From assembly GCA_964507695.1 (NCBI GenBank), contig CAZDSC010000008.1, positions 1 to 56,888 of the forward strand: a DNA stretch of 56,888 nucleotides, in the 5' to 3' direction. Source of the stretch: an uncultured Pirellulaceae bacterium (GTDB taxonomy: Bacteria > Planctomycetota > Planctomycetia > Pirellulales > Pirellulaceae). Positions 35,155 to 44,531 of this stretch are shown here, piece after piece; within the stretch, counting starts at the first letter, position 1; every line of letters starts with the position of its first letter. The notes below the pieces were generated by a model, which was given only the letters and a program-made list of their open reading frames with translations, had not been told where the DNA came from and did no database searches. The position numbers and the translations under genes are program-made.

Positions 35155-35879
35155 TACTTGACTGCAAGGATGGAAACAAAATTGAAACACTGAAACCAGA
35201 GCGAGACGTTTGAAAACCCGACGCTTCGTAAGCGATCGATGTGCGTCTCGATCGTTTCGGTCACCAGCGTGTTTTCAAGTGCCGAGCGTTTTTGTGCGAT
35301 TTCGAGATCGCTGTAGCCGTGAGCTCGCTTGAACGAGTGATGCAATTCCGTCATCAGTTCCTGCTGGGCCGCATCGTCGAAATGGACCTTCTCGGACAGC
35401 ACCAGTGCTCCACCCTCTGTGATTCCGTCGGCGATTGCCTGCAGCAGCGGTTCGCGTCCGGCGACAGGAATGAACTGCAGCGTAAAATTCAGGATCGCAA
35501 AGTGGGCCGAGTGCAGGTTGACGTTGCGGATGTCGTCGGCGACGACTTCCACGTGGCAGCCCGGTTCGTGATTGGATGCAATAAGTTCACGGAGTCGTTG
35601 TACCATCGCGGGCGACGAATCAATTGCGTGAATCGTGCAGTCGCGGGGGATGCGGGTCCGAATCAGGAACGTGGCGGCGCCCAGCGAGCATCCAAGGTCG
35701 TAGATCCTTGCGCCCGGACACGCGTAACGTTCCGCCAATTCGCAGGTCATGGCCAGCACCGAAGCGTAACCGGGCACGGACCGATTGATCATGTCGGGAA
35801 AGACTTCGACGACACGTTCATCGAATTCAAAATCTCCGACACGCTCGAGAGGCACGGAGTAGATGCGATCTTCGGACAT
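35154..35879 (-). CDS. cmoA: carboxy-S-adenosyl-L-methionine synthase CmoA
   Basis: FDERVVEVFPDMINRSVPGYASVL and IYDLGCSLGAAT are present, and the gene is coupled to cmoB. Confidence 0.88.
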   Translation of the reverse strand: MSEDRIYSVPLERVGDFEFDERVVEVFPDMINRSVPGYASVLAMTCELAERYACPGARIYDLGCSLGAATFLIRTRIPRDCTIHAIDSSPAMVQRLRELIASNHEPGCHVEVVADDIRNVNLHSAHFAILNFTLQFIPVAGREPLLQAIADGITEGGALVLSEKVHFDDAAQQELMTELHHSFKRAHGYSDLEIAQKRSALENTLVTETIETHIDRLRSVGFSNVSLWFQCFNFVSILAVK

Positions 35880-36058
35880 GGTTGGGGAATTCGTTGAGGA
35901 GACGAAATCGCCATTTTAAGCTGTCCGAAGGTTGATCACGACGGGGCCTTGCAGGGCTGAAACCTGATTGACTCCAAAGCGAGTCAAGCAGAAAAGCTGT
36001 TTCAAGCCTCAGGCCACGCCTGATCTTCGGTCGGCGACAATGCAAGTCGCCGCAGGCC

Positions 36059-36337
36059 CTAAAGCCGCTCGTAGAATTCCAGCGTTCGAAAGTGTGCTTT
36101 GATTACCTTCAAACGGGTGAAATTTTGAATGTCAACTCGTGAGCCAAGACGCAGTTCTAAAGCCTGATCCAAGTGGGTCACGGGAATACCATCGATTCGG
36201 ACAGAAAAGGTTTCCATCGCCCTCGTGGCCACATCACCACTCATACCGACCACCTGCTCCAGCACTGCTCGGACCGTAGTTGCCATAAACTCGACGCTTG
36301 CCTCTTCCCTGCGATCAGATTCTTGTAGCATTGCCAC
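36059..36337 (-). CDS. hypothetical protein (92 aa), weak call
   Basis: An ORF in a lower-GC stretch. I recognised no family. Confidence 0.3.
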   Translation of the reverse strand: MAMLQESDRREEASVEFMATTVRAVLEQVVGMSGDVATRAMETFSVRIDGIPVTHLDQALELRLGSRVDIQNFTRLKVIKAHFRTLEFYERL

Positions 36338-36612
36338 ATCTCGCTAATGGAAGTCGCCTCGAAATGAACTAGGAGCAGCCTAGCTACTACTTTGATTTTT
36401 TCCACTGCAAATAATCGTGATTCGGGTCAATTCCAACGAATTTTGTCAAATCGCCACCGAGCCAAGTTCGACCTGAAGCAGAATTTCAAACACGATGCAT
36501 GGTTTATTGCGGACGAATTATCGTTTGATTGGACAAAACGAAGCGCGCGGGGCATTCTCCCGGTTTTGTCTTACTTTGTGATTTCCAATCAACAATTCTT
36601 ACTCGCGGCAAA

Positions 36613-37479
36613 TCACTCCGTGCGGTTCCTCACAAATTGCAATAGCAGGGGATGAGCGGGTGCCGCCATCTTGCCGTGGTTGTAGCCATCGAGTTCGAAC
36701 AGTTCGACGTCCGGATGACCAACGACTTTCATCATCCGCCACATGTACGCGTTCTCCTCGTAGCGACCGAGCATCTCCAATTCTCGATCTCCAGTCACAA
36801 AGAGGGTAGGCGGTGCATCCTTTCGAACGTGAAATAATGGAGCCATGTCGTCAACGATCGGTTGCGTCCCATCGATTCCCCGTTCGGCGCGAACGGTAAA
36901 GTGCGTGATCGTATGACCGCTGTAGGGAATGAGGCCCGCGATGCGATTGGCGTCGATGTCGTGCTTGGCTAGCCATCGTTTATCGAGTCCGACCATGCTC
37001 GTCAGGTAACCACCAGCCGAATGTCCGCTGACAAAGTTTCTTTTCGGGTCGCCACCAAATCGCTCGATGTTTTTAAACACCCACGCGACGCTGGCGGCCG
37101 CGTCCTCGATGTAGACGGGCGCACTCACTTTCGGGTGCAGGCGATAGTTGACCGCTACGACAGCAATTTGCTGACGTTTCAACGCCGCGGGCACCGAGCG
37201 GTTGCCGGATTTCAGCCCTCCGCCGTGAAACCAGACGACCGTCGAGAATCCCGCTTGGGACGGATAGTAGACATCCAGCCTGCATCGTTCCCTCGCGTAT
37301 TCAGACTCGTCGCTGCCGGTGCGATAGGGAATGTCTTCTTCCAGTTGGTACGTGATCGGCTCGTCACTGTTTCCCGGGCCGCTGTCCTGGGCAAACGCCG
37401 AGACCGACGCAGCGGTGATGCTGCACAAGGCGGCAATCACGGTCAGAAGGAATCGGGCGCGAATTGGGCGAACTGTCAT
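36613..37479 (-). CDS. secreted alpha/beta hydrolase (esterase/lipase type)
   Basis: A signal peptide after an AAGGAAG SD, an HGGG oxyanion motif (VWFHGGGL) and the nucleophile elbow GHSAGG. Confidence 0.8.
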   Translation of the reverse strand: MTVRPIRARFLLTVIAALCSITAASVSAFAQDSGPGNSDEPITYQLEEDIPYRTGSDESEYARERCRLDVYYPSQAGFSTVVWFHGGGLKSGNRSVPAALKRQQIAVVAVNYRLHPKVSAPVYIEDAAASVAWVFKNIERFGGDPKRNFVSGHSAGGYLTSMVGLDKRWLAKHDIDANRIAGLIPYSGHTITHFTVRAERGIDGTQPIVDDMAPLFHVRKDAPPTLFVTGDRELEMLGRYEENAYMWRMMKVVGHPDVELFELDGYNHGKMAAPAHPLLLQFVRNRTE

Positions 37480-37550
37480 TCTCGCTTCCTTTGAAGTACA
37501 TTTTTGGACTTGGGGACCCACTGGATACGAACCGACTCGGGGTATTCTAC

Positions 37551-38909
37551 ATGAGTTTGGCCACGGCTTTTCGATCGATTGCTTTCTTCGTTGCGACAGG
37601 ATTCTTCATTGCAGCAGAAATGGTTGCCTCGGCGCCGGCAGACGATTTCGTCGTCAGCCCGGTGGATGATCAGATCAAGGTGTCGACGGCAGACTGGCCC
37701 TGGTGGCGTGGCCCCTATCGAAACGGCTATGCCGTAGCCGATCAGGATCCGCCGCAGGCCTGGAGCGACAACGATCAGGGGCAATCCAACATTGTCTGGA
37801 AAGTCCCCGTTCCGGGGCGAGGTCATGCCTCACCTATCGTCGTCGGTGAAAGCGTTTATCTGGCCACGGCTGATCGTGAACGCGACGTGCAAACAGTATT
37901 GAGCTTTGATCGCGGTACCGGTGAATTGAATTGGGAGAAAGTAATTCACCGTGGCGGATTGATGAAAAAGAACAAGAAGGCCTCGCAGGCATCTTCCACG
38001 TTGGCCTGGGACGGCGAACGTCTGTTCGTCAGCTTTCTGAATGACGGCGGAGTTTATACGACCGCGTTGACGTCCGCAGGCGAACAGATCTGGCAGGCTC
38101 GCATCAGCGACTATGTAATTCATCAGGGGTATGCCGCTTCGCCCAACGTCTATCAGCACCTCGTCATCTTGAATGCAGACAACAAGGGAGGTGGCGCGAT
38201 CGTCGCGCTGGAACGAGCGACAGGCAAGGAAGTGTGGCGGCAAGCACGTCCCAAGATTCCGAATTATCCGTCGCCCGTCATCCTGAATGTGGCAGGCAAA
38301 GATCAGATGATCATGATTGGCGGCGAATTGGTGTCCAGTTTTGATCCGCTGACCGGCGCAAAGAATTGGGAAATTGCCGGTGCGACGCAGGAGTGCGTTA
38401 CGTCGACGGTGACCGACGGCGTGCATATTTTCAGCAGTGGTGGTTGGCCTGAAAACCATGTGGCCGCCATCAAGGCCGACGGCACCGGGGAAGTTGTCTG
38501 GCAGAACCGCAGCCGCGTTTATGTTCCGTCGATGTTGATGCGTGAGGGACATCTGTTCGCGGTCCTGGATGCTGGTGTCGCAGTCTGCTGGAAATCGGAC
38601 ACCGGGCAGGAAATCTGGAAGGCGCGGCTTGGTGGCGACTTCAGTTCGTCGCCGGTGATGGTGGGGGAATTGATTTTCGCCACGAACGAAGTTGGTGAAA
38701 CCTATATCTATGAAGCGTCCGCGGAGCAGTTTCGACTGGTCGCAAAAAACAGGCTCGGTGATAGCGTTTTTGCCACACCCGCGATTTGTGGCGGCCGGAT
38801 TTACCATCGCGTCGCTTTTCAGGAAGGCGAAAAGCGGCAGGAGTACCTCTACTGCATTGGCGATACTCCTGCGCAACTGCCAGCCGCAATCGAAACGCCA
38901 TCCAACTAG
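37551..38909 (+). CDS. PQQ-like (BamB-type) beta-propeller repeat protein
   Basis: An N-terminal TM/signal segment, WPWWRGPYRNG, and repeated propeller-blade motifs (SPIVVGESVYLAT, ASPNVYQHLVIL, SSPVMVGELIFAT, ATPAICGGRIYHR). Confidence 0.75.
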   Translation: MSLATAFRSIAFFVATGFFIAAEMVASAPADDFVVSPVDDQIKVSTADWPWWRGPYRNGYAVADQDPPQAWSDNDQGQSNIVWKVPVPGRGHASPIVVGESVYLATADRERDVQTVLSFDRGTGELNWEKVIHRGGLMKKNKKASQASSTLAWDGERLFVSFLNDGGVYTTALTSAGEQIWQARISDYVIHQGYAASPNVYQHLVILNADNKGGGAIVALERATGKEVWRQARPKIPNYPSPVILNVAGKDQMIMIGGELVSSFDPLTGAKNWEIAGATQECVTSTVTDGVHIFSSGGWPENHVAAIKADGTGEVVWQNRSRVYVPSMLMREGHLFAVLDAGVAVCWKSDTGQEIWKARLGGDFSSSPVMVGELIFATNEVGETYIYEASAEQFRLVAKNRLGDSVFATPAICGGRIYHRVAFQEGEKRQEYLYCIGDTPAQLPAAIETPSN

Positions 38910-38916
38910 TCTGGCC

Positions 38917-38958
38917 GGCCTGACAGGCCTGACCCATGGAACGTCGCTGGAACGTCGC
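38917..38958. repeat. two adjacent perfect tandem doublets (GGCCTGAC x2 with 9-bp period; TGGAACGTCGC x2)
   Basis: Read directly from the sequence, at the convergent junction 38909|38999. Confidence 0.85.
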
Positions 38959-38998
38959 TGGGGATACGCGATTCCGTTTGCCGTTTCTGACAGGAATG

Positions 38999-39880
38999 CT
39001 AGCGCGTGAGGCCCTGATTCTTCAGCCAGTCGACCATCCGATCAGGCCAAGTGCCAATGTCCGAATGGGGGCGAGGACGGGGTCCGTATCCGTGTCCGCC
39101 GTTTCGGTAGACGTGCAGTTCCGCGTCGACGCCTGCCCGTTTTAGTCCGACATAAAAAAGGACGCTGCCCAGTGATGACGATGCATCGTCATGGGTATGT
39201 ACGATGAACGTGGGTGGAACCTGTTTTGTGATGCGAATCTCGGGCTGCAAATCATCGGCCGCCTTGTCGTACATATTCCACGGATAAATCAGGATCGCGA
39301 AGTCGGGTTGATGTGACTGATTGTCGACGTCGTCGACTTTGGCGTATGCCAGCTTGCCATGATCGGTCAGCAGCCTGGCGGTGACCTGTCCGCCAGCGGA
39401 AAAACCAAGAATGCCCAGCTGGTCGGTTTTCAACTGCCAACGATCGGCATGCTGACGTAGCCAGCACATGGCTCGCTGCGCATCCTGTAATGGTTTTTTC
39501 CAACCAACATCGGCCGCGTTTTGCTTGGTTCGATAGCGCAGTACAAATGCTGTAATGCCGTGTTGGTTCAGGATCGCGGCCGCTTCTGATCCCTCCATAT
39601 CAGGGACAACCTTGCCAAAACCACCGCCTGGCAGAATCAGCACTCCGACGCCATTGGGTTGACTGGCGGGAAAGACATCCATCGTCGGCAAGCGAATGTC
39701 GACGACCCGCGATACGGGCGGAGTTTCCCCTTTGCGGAAAGGCTGTAGTGTGCCGGTAGCACGTTCGGTTTCGCCTGGCGCCAGGTCGGGCCATACGTTC
39801 AGCGTTGCTGCCGGTTCCAGGGCCGCTGCCCATGGAGTCGAGACCATCAAGACAAACAGCATCGTAAGTTGGTAACGCAT
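38999..39880 (-). CDS. secreted alpha/beta hydrolase (esterase)
   Basis: A signal peptide, LILPGGGF, the nucleophile GFSAGG, and a distal HDD and GGHGY. Confidence 0.8.
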   Translation of the reverse strand: MRYQLTMLFVLMVSTPWAAALEPAATLNVWPDLAPGETERATGTLQPFRKGETPPVSRVVDIRLPTMDVFPASQPNGVGVLILPGGGFGKVVPDMEGSEAAAILNQHGITAFVLRYRTKQNAADVGWKKPLQDAQRAMCWLRQHADRWQLKTDQLGILGFSAGGQVTARLLTDHGKLAYAKVDDVDNQSHQPDFAILIYPWNMYDKAADDLQPEIRITKQVPPTFIVHTHDDASSSLGSVLFYVGLKRAGVDAELHVYRNGGHGYGPRPRPHSDIGTWPDRMVDWLKNQGLTR

Positions 39881-40233
39881 TCGTATCTCCCCATGCTAGC
39901 GACTCGCACCCAGCCCACAGGTTATCGGACTCGGGGCTGCAAAGCCACTTTGCGCAGCCACTTTGCGCAGCCACTGCTTGGCCGCGTTTTGATGGGACTT
40001 TGATGGCGGAGAACGCCGGTCGAGGCCTTGATGTGCTGTTTGGGCTAGCGTCCTCAAAATTTGCCTGATCGATAATTCTGTCAAAGTCCGATGGTTGGAT
40101 CGCCGATGACATGATTGCTGTTCAAAGGATTCGCGCAAGCGGTTCCATTGTGCAGTCCGGGGGGCCGGCACTTCATGATTTTGTCGCAACGATTGGTTTC
40201 GTAGTGCTAGTGCGTACCTGGACCGAGAACACA

Positions 40234-42408
40234 ATGAACTGGAATCGATCAACGCTCGCGTGGATGCACATTGCGTTAGCAATCTGGCTTGCGGGCTGCA
40301 GTCCAACTCAGCCATTTTTTCTGCATGAAGATGGCGATTTGTCCCACTATCTGGATGTGGCGACCGAGATTGCCTATCCGGACCTCGACAGTACGCCCAT
40401 TCCCGATGCTACCGAAGCGCATGCGCCTTTCACCGTGGAGAACACCGGTGACGAGGAGCCTTGGGAGCTGACGCTGGAGGAAGCCATCTCGATTGCCATG
40501 CAAAACGCACACGTGTTGCGTTCGCTGGGTGGACGTGTCTTTACGCCGGTCGGGCAATCGGCTGCCAATCCGCCCGAGAGTCTGACGTTGAATCCCGACT
40601 TCTCTCCGTCGGCGTATGACGTGGCGATTCAGGAAACAAGCAATACCGGGCCTGAAGCCGCCCTGGCCAACTTTGACGCTCAATTGGAAAGTCAATTGAC
40701 GTGGGATCGCACGGACCGTCCGCGAAACGTCGACAGCTCGCTGTCGTCACTGTTCCTGCAGTTCACAGAACGTGACAGCATGAACTATCAAACGGAACTG
40801 TCCAAGCGACTTGCCACCGGCGGCCAGATGAGCTTTCGCAATATCACACAGTACGAATCGAGCAACGATCCGACGCGTGTCCTGACGAGTGACTGGTTCA
40901 CTTCGTTGGAGATGGAGATGCGTCATCCGTTGTTGCGAAACTCGGGCGTACAGGTGAACCGCGTGCCGCTGATGCTGGCTCGCATGAATACCGACATTGC
41001 CATTGCCGACTTTGAGATCAATGTTCGCAACTTTGTTCTGGAGATCGAGCAGGCATACTGGAACCTGTATTTCCACTATCACAACCTCGATGCCGCTCGA
41101 ACCGGTGCAGCCAACGCTTTGCAGACGTGGAAGCAGACGCAGATCCGTGGTGAAAGTCAGATTGCCGGTGGTGAGGCGGCCAACGAAGCTCAGGCCCGAG
41201 GTCAGTATTTCACCTTCAAAAGCCGGCTGGAAACCGCCAAGAGCGAGCTGCTGCATCAGGAAAGCCGTTTGCGATACTTGCTGGGCATCGCCGCGACGGA
41301 CGGTCGCTTGATTCGCCCCGTCGATCAGCCCACGAAAGCTCGCGTCCAGTTTGACTGGTACGAGATTCGAAACGAAGCCTTGATTCGCAGCCCGGAATTG
41401 CGACGGCAGCGCTGGCGAGTCAAGCAGCAGCAGTTGCAGTTGATCGCGGCACGGAACCAGCTGTTGCCACAGTTCGACGCGATTGCACTGTATCGCTTCC
41501 TGGGCTTCGGGAATGATCTGGTTCAATTCGGAACTCGCAACGGTGCCAACTTTCCGGACGCCAGTTCCAATGCGGCTGCCAATCTGACGGAGAATGATTT
41601 TGGTGAATGGCAGCTCGGCTTTCAGTACCAGATGCCGATTGGCTTCCGCGCCGAAATGGTACAGGTCCGCAACACGCAGTTGCAGCTTCGCCGAGCTGAA
41701 AAACGTCTCGAGGATCAGGAGTTGTCGATCTCGCATCAGCTGACGCACGCGATTCGACGCTTGCGGGACAGTTATCGAGTTGCACAAACACTGTTCAACA
41801 CGTTGAAGGCTTACCGCGATCAGGTGGACGCCTCGAAGGCCGCGTTCGAACTGGCGCAAACGGTCCCGCTGGATGTTGTCCTCGACGCCCAAAGTCGATT
41901 GGCCCAGTCGGAGATTGAGTACTTCCGAGCGCTGACTGAATACAACCTCTCCATCGCCGAAGTGCACCACCGAAAGGGTTCGTTACTGGAATACAACGGC
42001 ATCGTGCTTGCGGAAGGTCCGTGGCCCAACAAGGCTTACTATGACGCTCACCGCCGGGCACGCCAGGTCGATGCCAGCTACTACCTCGATTACGGCTACA
42101 CACGACCGGCGGTTGTCAGTCGCGGTTCGGCCCCTCAGTTGATCAGCAAGTCATCGACCGTCGGGCAAGCTGCTGCTGACGAAGATGCAGGCAGCGTGAT
42201 GGCCGTCGATTTCGAAGCCAGTCTTTTCTCGGGCAGTAGCAATACGGAAGATCTGAACGCCGCCATCATGGATGCCTTGCAACCGGCAGCGTCGTCCGGC
42301 AACACGTCCGTCTTGAAACGCACTGGCGACTCGACGGGAACTTCGCCGGCTTCCAGCAACACAACTTCAGATTCGAGCGACTCGATCTACGGCTCACTGG
42401 GAATCTGA
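40234..42408 (+). CDS. TolC-family outer membrane efflux lipoprotein, long form
   Basis: A lipobox (IWLAGC), LTLEEAISIAMQNAHVLR, and two OEP-type repeat halves. A Ser/Thr-rich C-terminal tail of about 100 aa follows. Confidence 0.78.
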   Translation: MNWNRSTLAWMHIALAIWLAGCSPTQPFFLHEDGDLSHYLDVATEIAYPDLDSTPIPDATEAHAPFTVENTGDEEPWELTLEEAISIAMQNAHVLRSLGGRVFTPVGQSAANPPESLTLNPDFSPSAYDVAIQETSNTGPEAALANFDAQLESQLTWDRTDRPRNVDSSLSSLFLQFTERDSMNYQTELSKRLATGGQMSFRNITQYESSNDPTRVLTSDWFTSLEMEMRHPLLRNSGVQVNRVPLMLARMNTDIAIADFEINVRNFVLEIEQAYWNLYFHYHNLDAARTGAANALQTWKQTQIRGESQIAGGEAANEAQARGQYFTFKSRLETAKSELLHQESRLRYLLGIAATDGRLIRPVDQPTKARVQFDWYEIRNEALIRSPELRRQRWRVKQQQLQLIAARNQLLPQFDAIALYRFLGFGNDLVQFGTRNGANFPDASSNAAANLTENDFGEWQLGFQYQMPIGFRAEMVQVRNTQLQLRRAEKRLEDQELSISHQLTHAIRRLRDSYRVAQTLFNTLKAYRDQVDASKAAFELAQTVPLDVVLDAQSRLAQSEIEYFRALTEYNLSIAEVHHRKGSLLEYNGIVLAEGPWPNKAYYDAHRRARQVDASYYLDYGYTRPAVVSRGSAPQLISKSSTVGQAAADEDAGSVMAVDFEASLFSGSSNTEDLNAAIMDALQPAASSGNTSVLKRTGDSTGTSPASSNTTSDSSDSIYGSLGI

Positions 42409-42548
42409 ATCAGCATTCGGCAAACGCATTGTGACGTGTCCGTTTGATACAAGCGGACACAATGCTTCTGCAGTTGCCATTTCCTGAATCGTGCACGTAG
42501 ATCGGCTATACTCTGCGGACCCTCACCGATTCCATGGAGCATATCCGC

Positions 42549-43334
42549 ATGTTCAAGTCGCGATTTCTGACCACGGCTGCCTTGTTTTTTCTGTTTGCGA
42601 ATCTCGTGTCCGCTCAGGAAAAGAGGCAATTGATACGCGTCAATACTTATCAGATTAAGACCGCCGAAAAGGCTGAACTCTTTGATTCGATGATGGAGTC
42701 GGCCGTTCAGGCTCTGTCTGACTATGGCGTAAAGCCGATCGGCGTCTTCAAGCTGGCGGATCCGGACAAGGAAGCGACGTATCCGCACCTGCGCGTGACG
42801 ATCGCTCCGTATGATGACATGGATCAAATCGTCAACCAGTTGCAGGCCTTCAATGGCAATTCCTCGTTTTGGCAGGATTCCGAGGCCTACCTGACGCTGG
42901 AAGCAGACGAGGCTGCGTTCGATCGCGTCGATAGCATGTTGCTTTACGCATTCTCTGGCATGCCGCAACTGGCTGTACCCGGCGACGGCAAGGCCCAGAA
43001 CAGGTTGTTCGAATTGCGCACCTATGAAAGCTACAGCGAATACACCGCCTTGATCAAAGTCAACATGTTCAACGACGGCGAGATCGAGCTGTTCGAAAAA
43101 GTTGGCCTGCCGGCTGTCTTCTATGGCAGTGCGATTGCGGGCGGTAACCTGCCGCAGTTGACGTACATGCTGGTGCACGATGACGAGCAGGCACAGAAAG
43201 CGGGTTGGACGAATTTCATTCGCAGTCCCGAATGGGCGGCACTGCAGAAGAAAGATCCGTACGCCGGCAAGAAGCTGGTATCCAAAATCATCAAAACGAT
43301 GCTTGTCGCGACCGACTACTCGCAAATTCGCTGA
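42549..43334 (+). CDS. NIPSNAP family protein (two NIPSNAP-like halves) with signal peptide
   Basis: MFKSRFLTTAALFFLFANLVSAQE, then LFELRTYESYSEYTALIKVNMFNDGEIELFEKVGL and GWTNFIRSPEW. Confidence 0.72.
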   Translation: MFKSRFLTTAALFFLFANLVSAQEKRQLIRVNTYQIKTAEKAELFDSMMESAVQALSDYGVKPIGVFKLADPDKEATYPHLRVTIAPYDDMDQIVNQLQAFNGNSSFWQDSEAYLTLEADEAAFDRVDSMLLYAFSGMPQLAVPGDGKAQNRLFELRTYESYSEYTALIKVNMFNDGEIELFEKVGLPAVFYGSAIAGGNLPQLTYMLVHDDEQAQKAGWTNFIRSPEWAALQKKDPYAGKKLVSKIIKTMLVATDYSQIR

Positions 43335-43382
43335 ACGTGGTCGCGTTCCTATCTTATCCCTTGTTGAATTCCAGGTCTGAAA

Positions 43383-44417
43383 ATGAAATCTGTATGCATG
43401 ATCGCGGCCGGGCTGTTGCTGGCCCATTCTGTCACTTTATTCGCTGAAGACGCCAAGACCGTCGACCCGACCGGAACATGGCGTTGGGAATCGGACAACA
43501 ATGGCGAAACGGTTGAGCATAGCCTGACGCTCACCAAGAACGACAAGAATGAGGTCGTTGGCGTCTACAACGGGATGCTTGATAATCTGAAGTCCGTGAA
43601 GGGGAGTTTGAACGGCAACAAGCTACGCCTGTTCTTCGAGGTCGATACGGACGGCTATACCTTCGACGCGGAATACGACGTGACCTTTAATGGCGATCGC
43701 GGCGTTGGCACGCTGATGCTTTCCAGTGATCAGGGTGAAATGGAGATCCCTTGGGATGCCAAGCGTGCGGTGGAACTGTCCGATCTTGTCGGTATCTGGA
43801 ACTTGGCGATCGAAACGGATGAAGGTACTGCCAAGCCGAAACTCATCATCGCGAAGACCGGCGACAAATATAACGTTGAATTCGAGTCGGATCGGCTTCG
43901 TGACGCGGTTGTCAGCGATCTGAAGACCGACGGCAGCATGATCTCGTTCAAGCTCAAGGGAAAAATCGACGGCGCCGACTGTGATGCCAACTGTACGGCG
44001 CGACCGCGCGGCGATTCGCTTTCAGGCGAGCTGTCGCTGACGATGGGCGATTTCGACATCGATCTGCCGGTCAAAGGTACGCGAGCCAGCAAGAAAGTCG
44101 GACTTGCCGGCGTTGTCGGCAAGTGGGTCCTGGTGGTCACATCGACCGAGCAGGAGATGAAGTCGGCCATCGTCATCAAAGAAGAGGATGGCAAGTTCTC
44201 TGCCATCTACGATGCGAACGAGTTGGGCCAATTCCCGGTGAAGGATCTGAAGATGAAAGGGGACCGATTGACTTTCACATTCAAGGGAACTGTGCAAGAC
44301 ACCGAATTCTTTGCAGACGCCAATCTGAAGGTGAACGGCAATGAGGCCAAAGGCGCCATGGAGCTGGAAATTGGTGACAACTTTGTCGATTTAGATCTCG
44401 CCGGAAAGCGTGACTAA
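43383..44417 (+). CDS. secreted protein built from three repeats of about 105 aa, unknown function
   Basis: A signal peptide, then three similar modules. Each begins G(T/I/K)W and ends with a segment such as L.G.L.L...D..I...G.R. Confidence 0.6.
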   Translation: MKSVCMIAAGLLLAHSVTLFAEDAKTVDPTGTWRWESDNNGETVEHSLTLTKNDKNEVVGVYNGMLDNLKSVKGSLNGNKLRLFFEVDTDGYTFDAEYDVTFNGDRGVGTLMLSSDQGEMEIPWDAKRAVELSDLVGIWNLAIETDEGTAKPKLIIAKTGDKYNVEFESDRLRDAVVSDLKTDGSMISFKLKGKIDGADCDANCTARPRGDSLSGELSLTMGDFDIDLPVKGTRASKKVGLAGVVGKWVLVVTSTEQEMKSAIVIKEEDGKFSAIYDANELGQFPVKDLKMKGDRLTFTFKGTVQDTEFFADANLKVNGNEAKGAMELEIGDNFVDLDLAGKRD

Positions 44418-44444
44418 CGTGACCGGCGTGACTGGCGTGACGAG
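44409..44444. repeat. 9-bp tandem repeat x4 (CGTGACNNN)
   Basis: Read directly from the sequence. It starts in the last codons of the upstream CDS and runs into the convergent junction 44417|44532. Confidence 0.9.
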
Positions 44445-44531
44445 TCGATGGCATTGACGGCTTGCACTCCATCAAGACGGCCCGCGTCGAGTTCGCGGTG
44501 TCAACCGATCCCGGGCCCGTCGTGGTGCAAG

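Noticed and set aside
42430-42470. A hairpin (CATTGTG..GTGTCCG-loop-CGGACACAATG) after the TolC-like gene as a terminator.
   Set aside because: The stem is plausible, but no U-run follows and the next gene is co-directional 125 nt away. The evidence is too weak to annotate.
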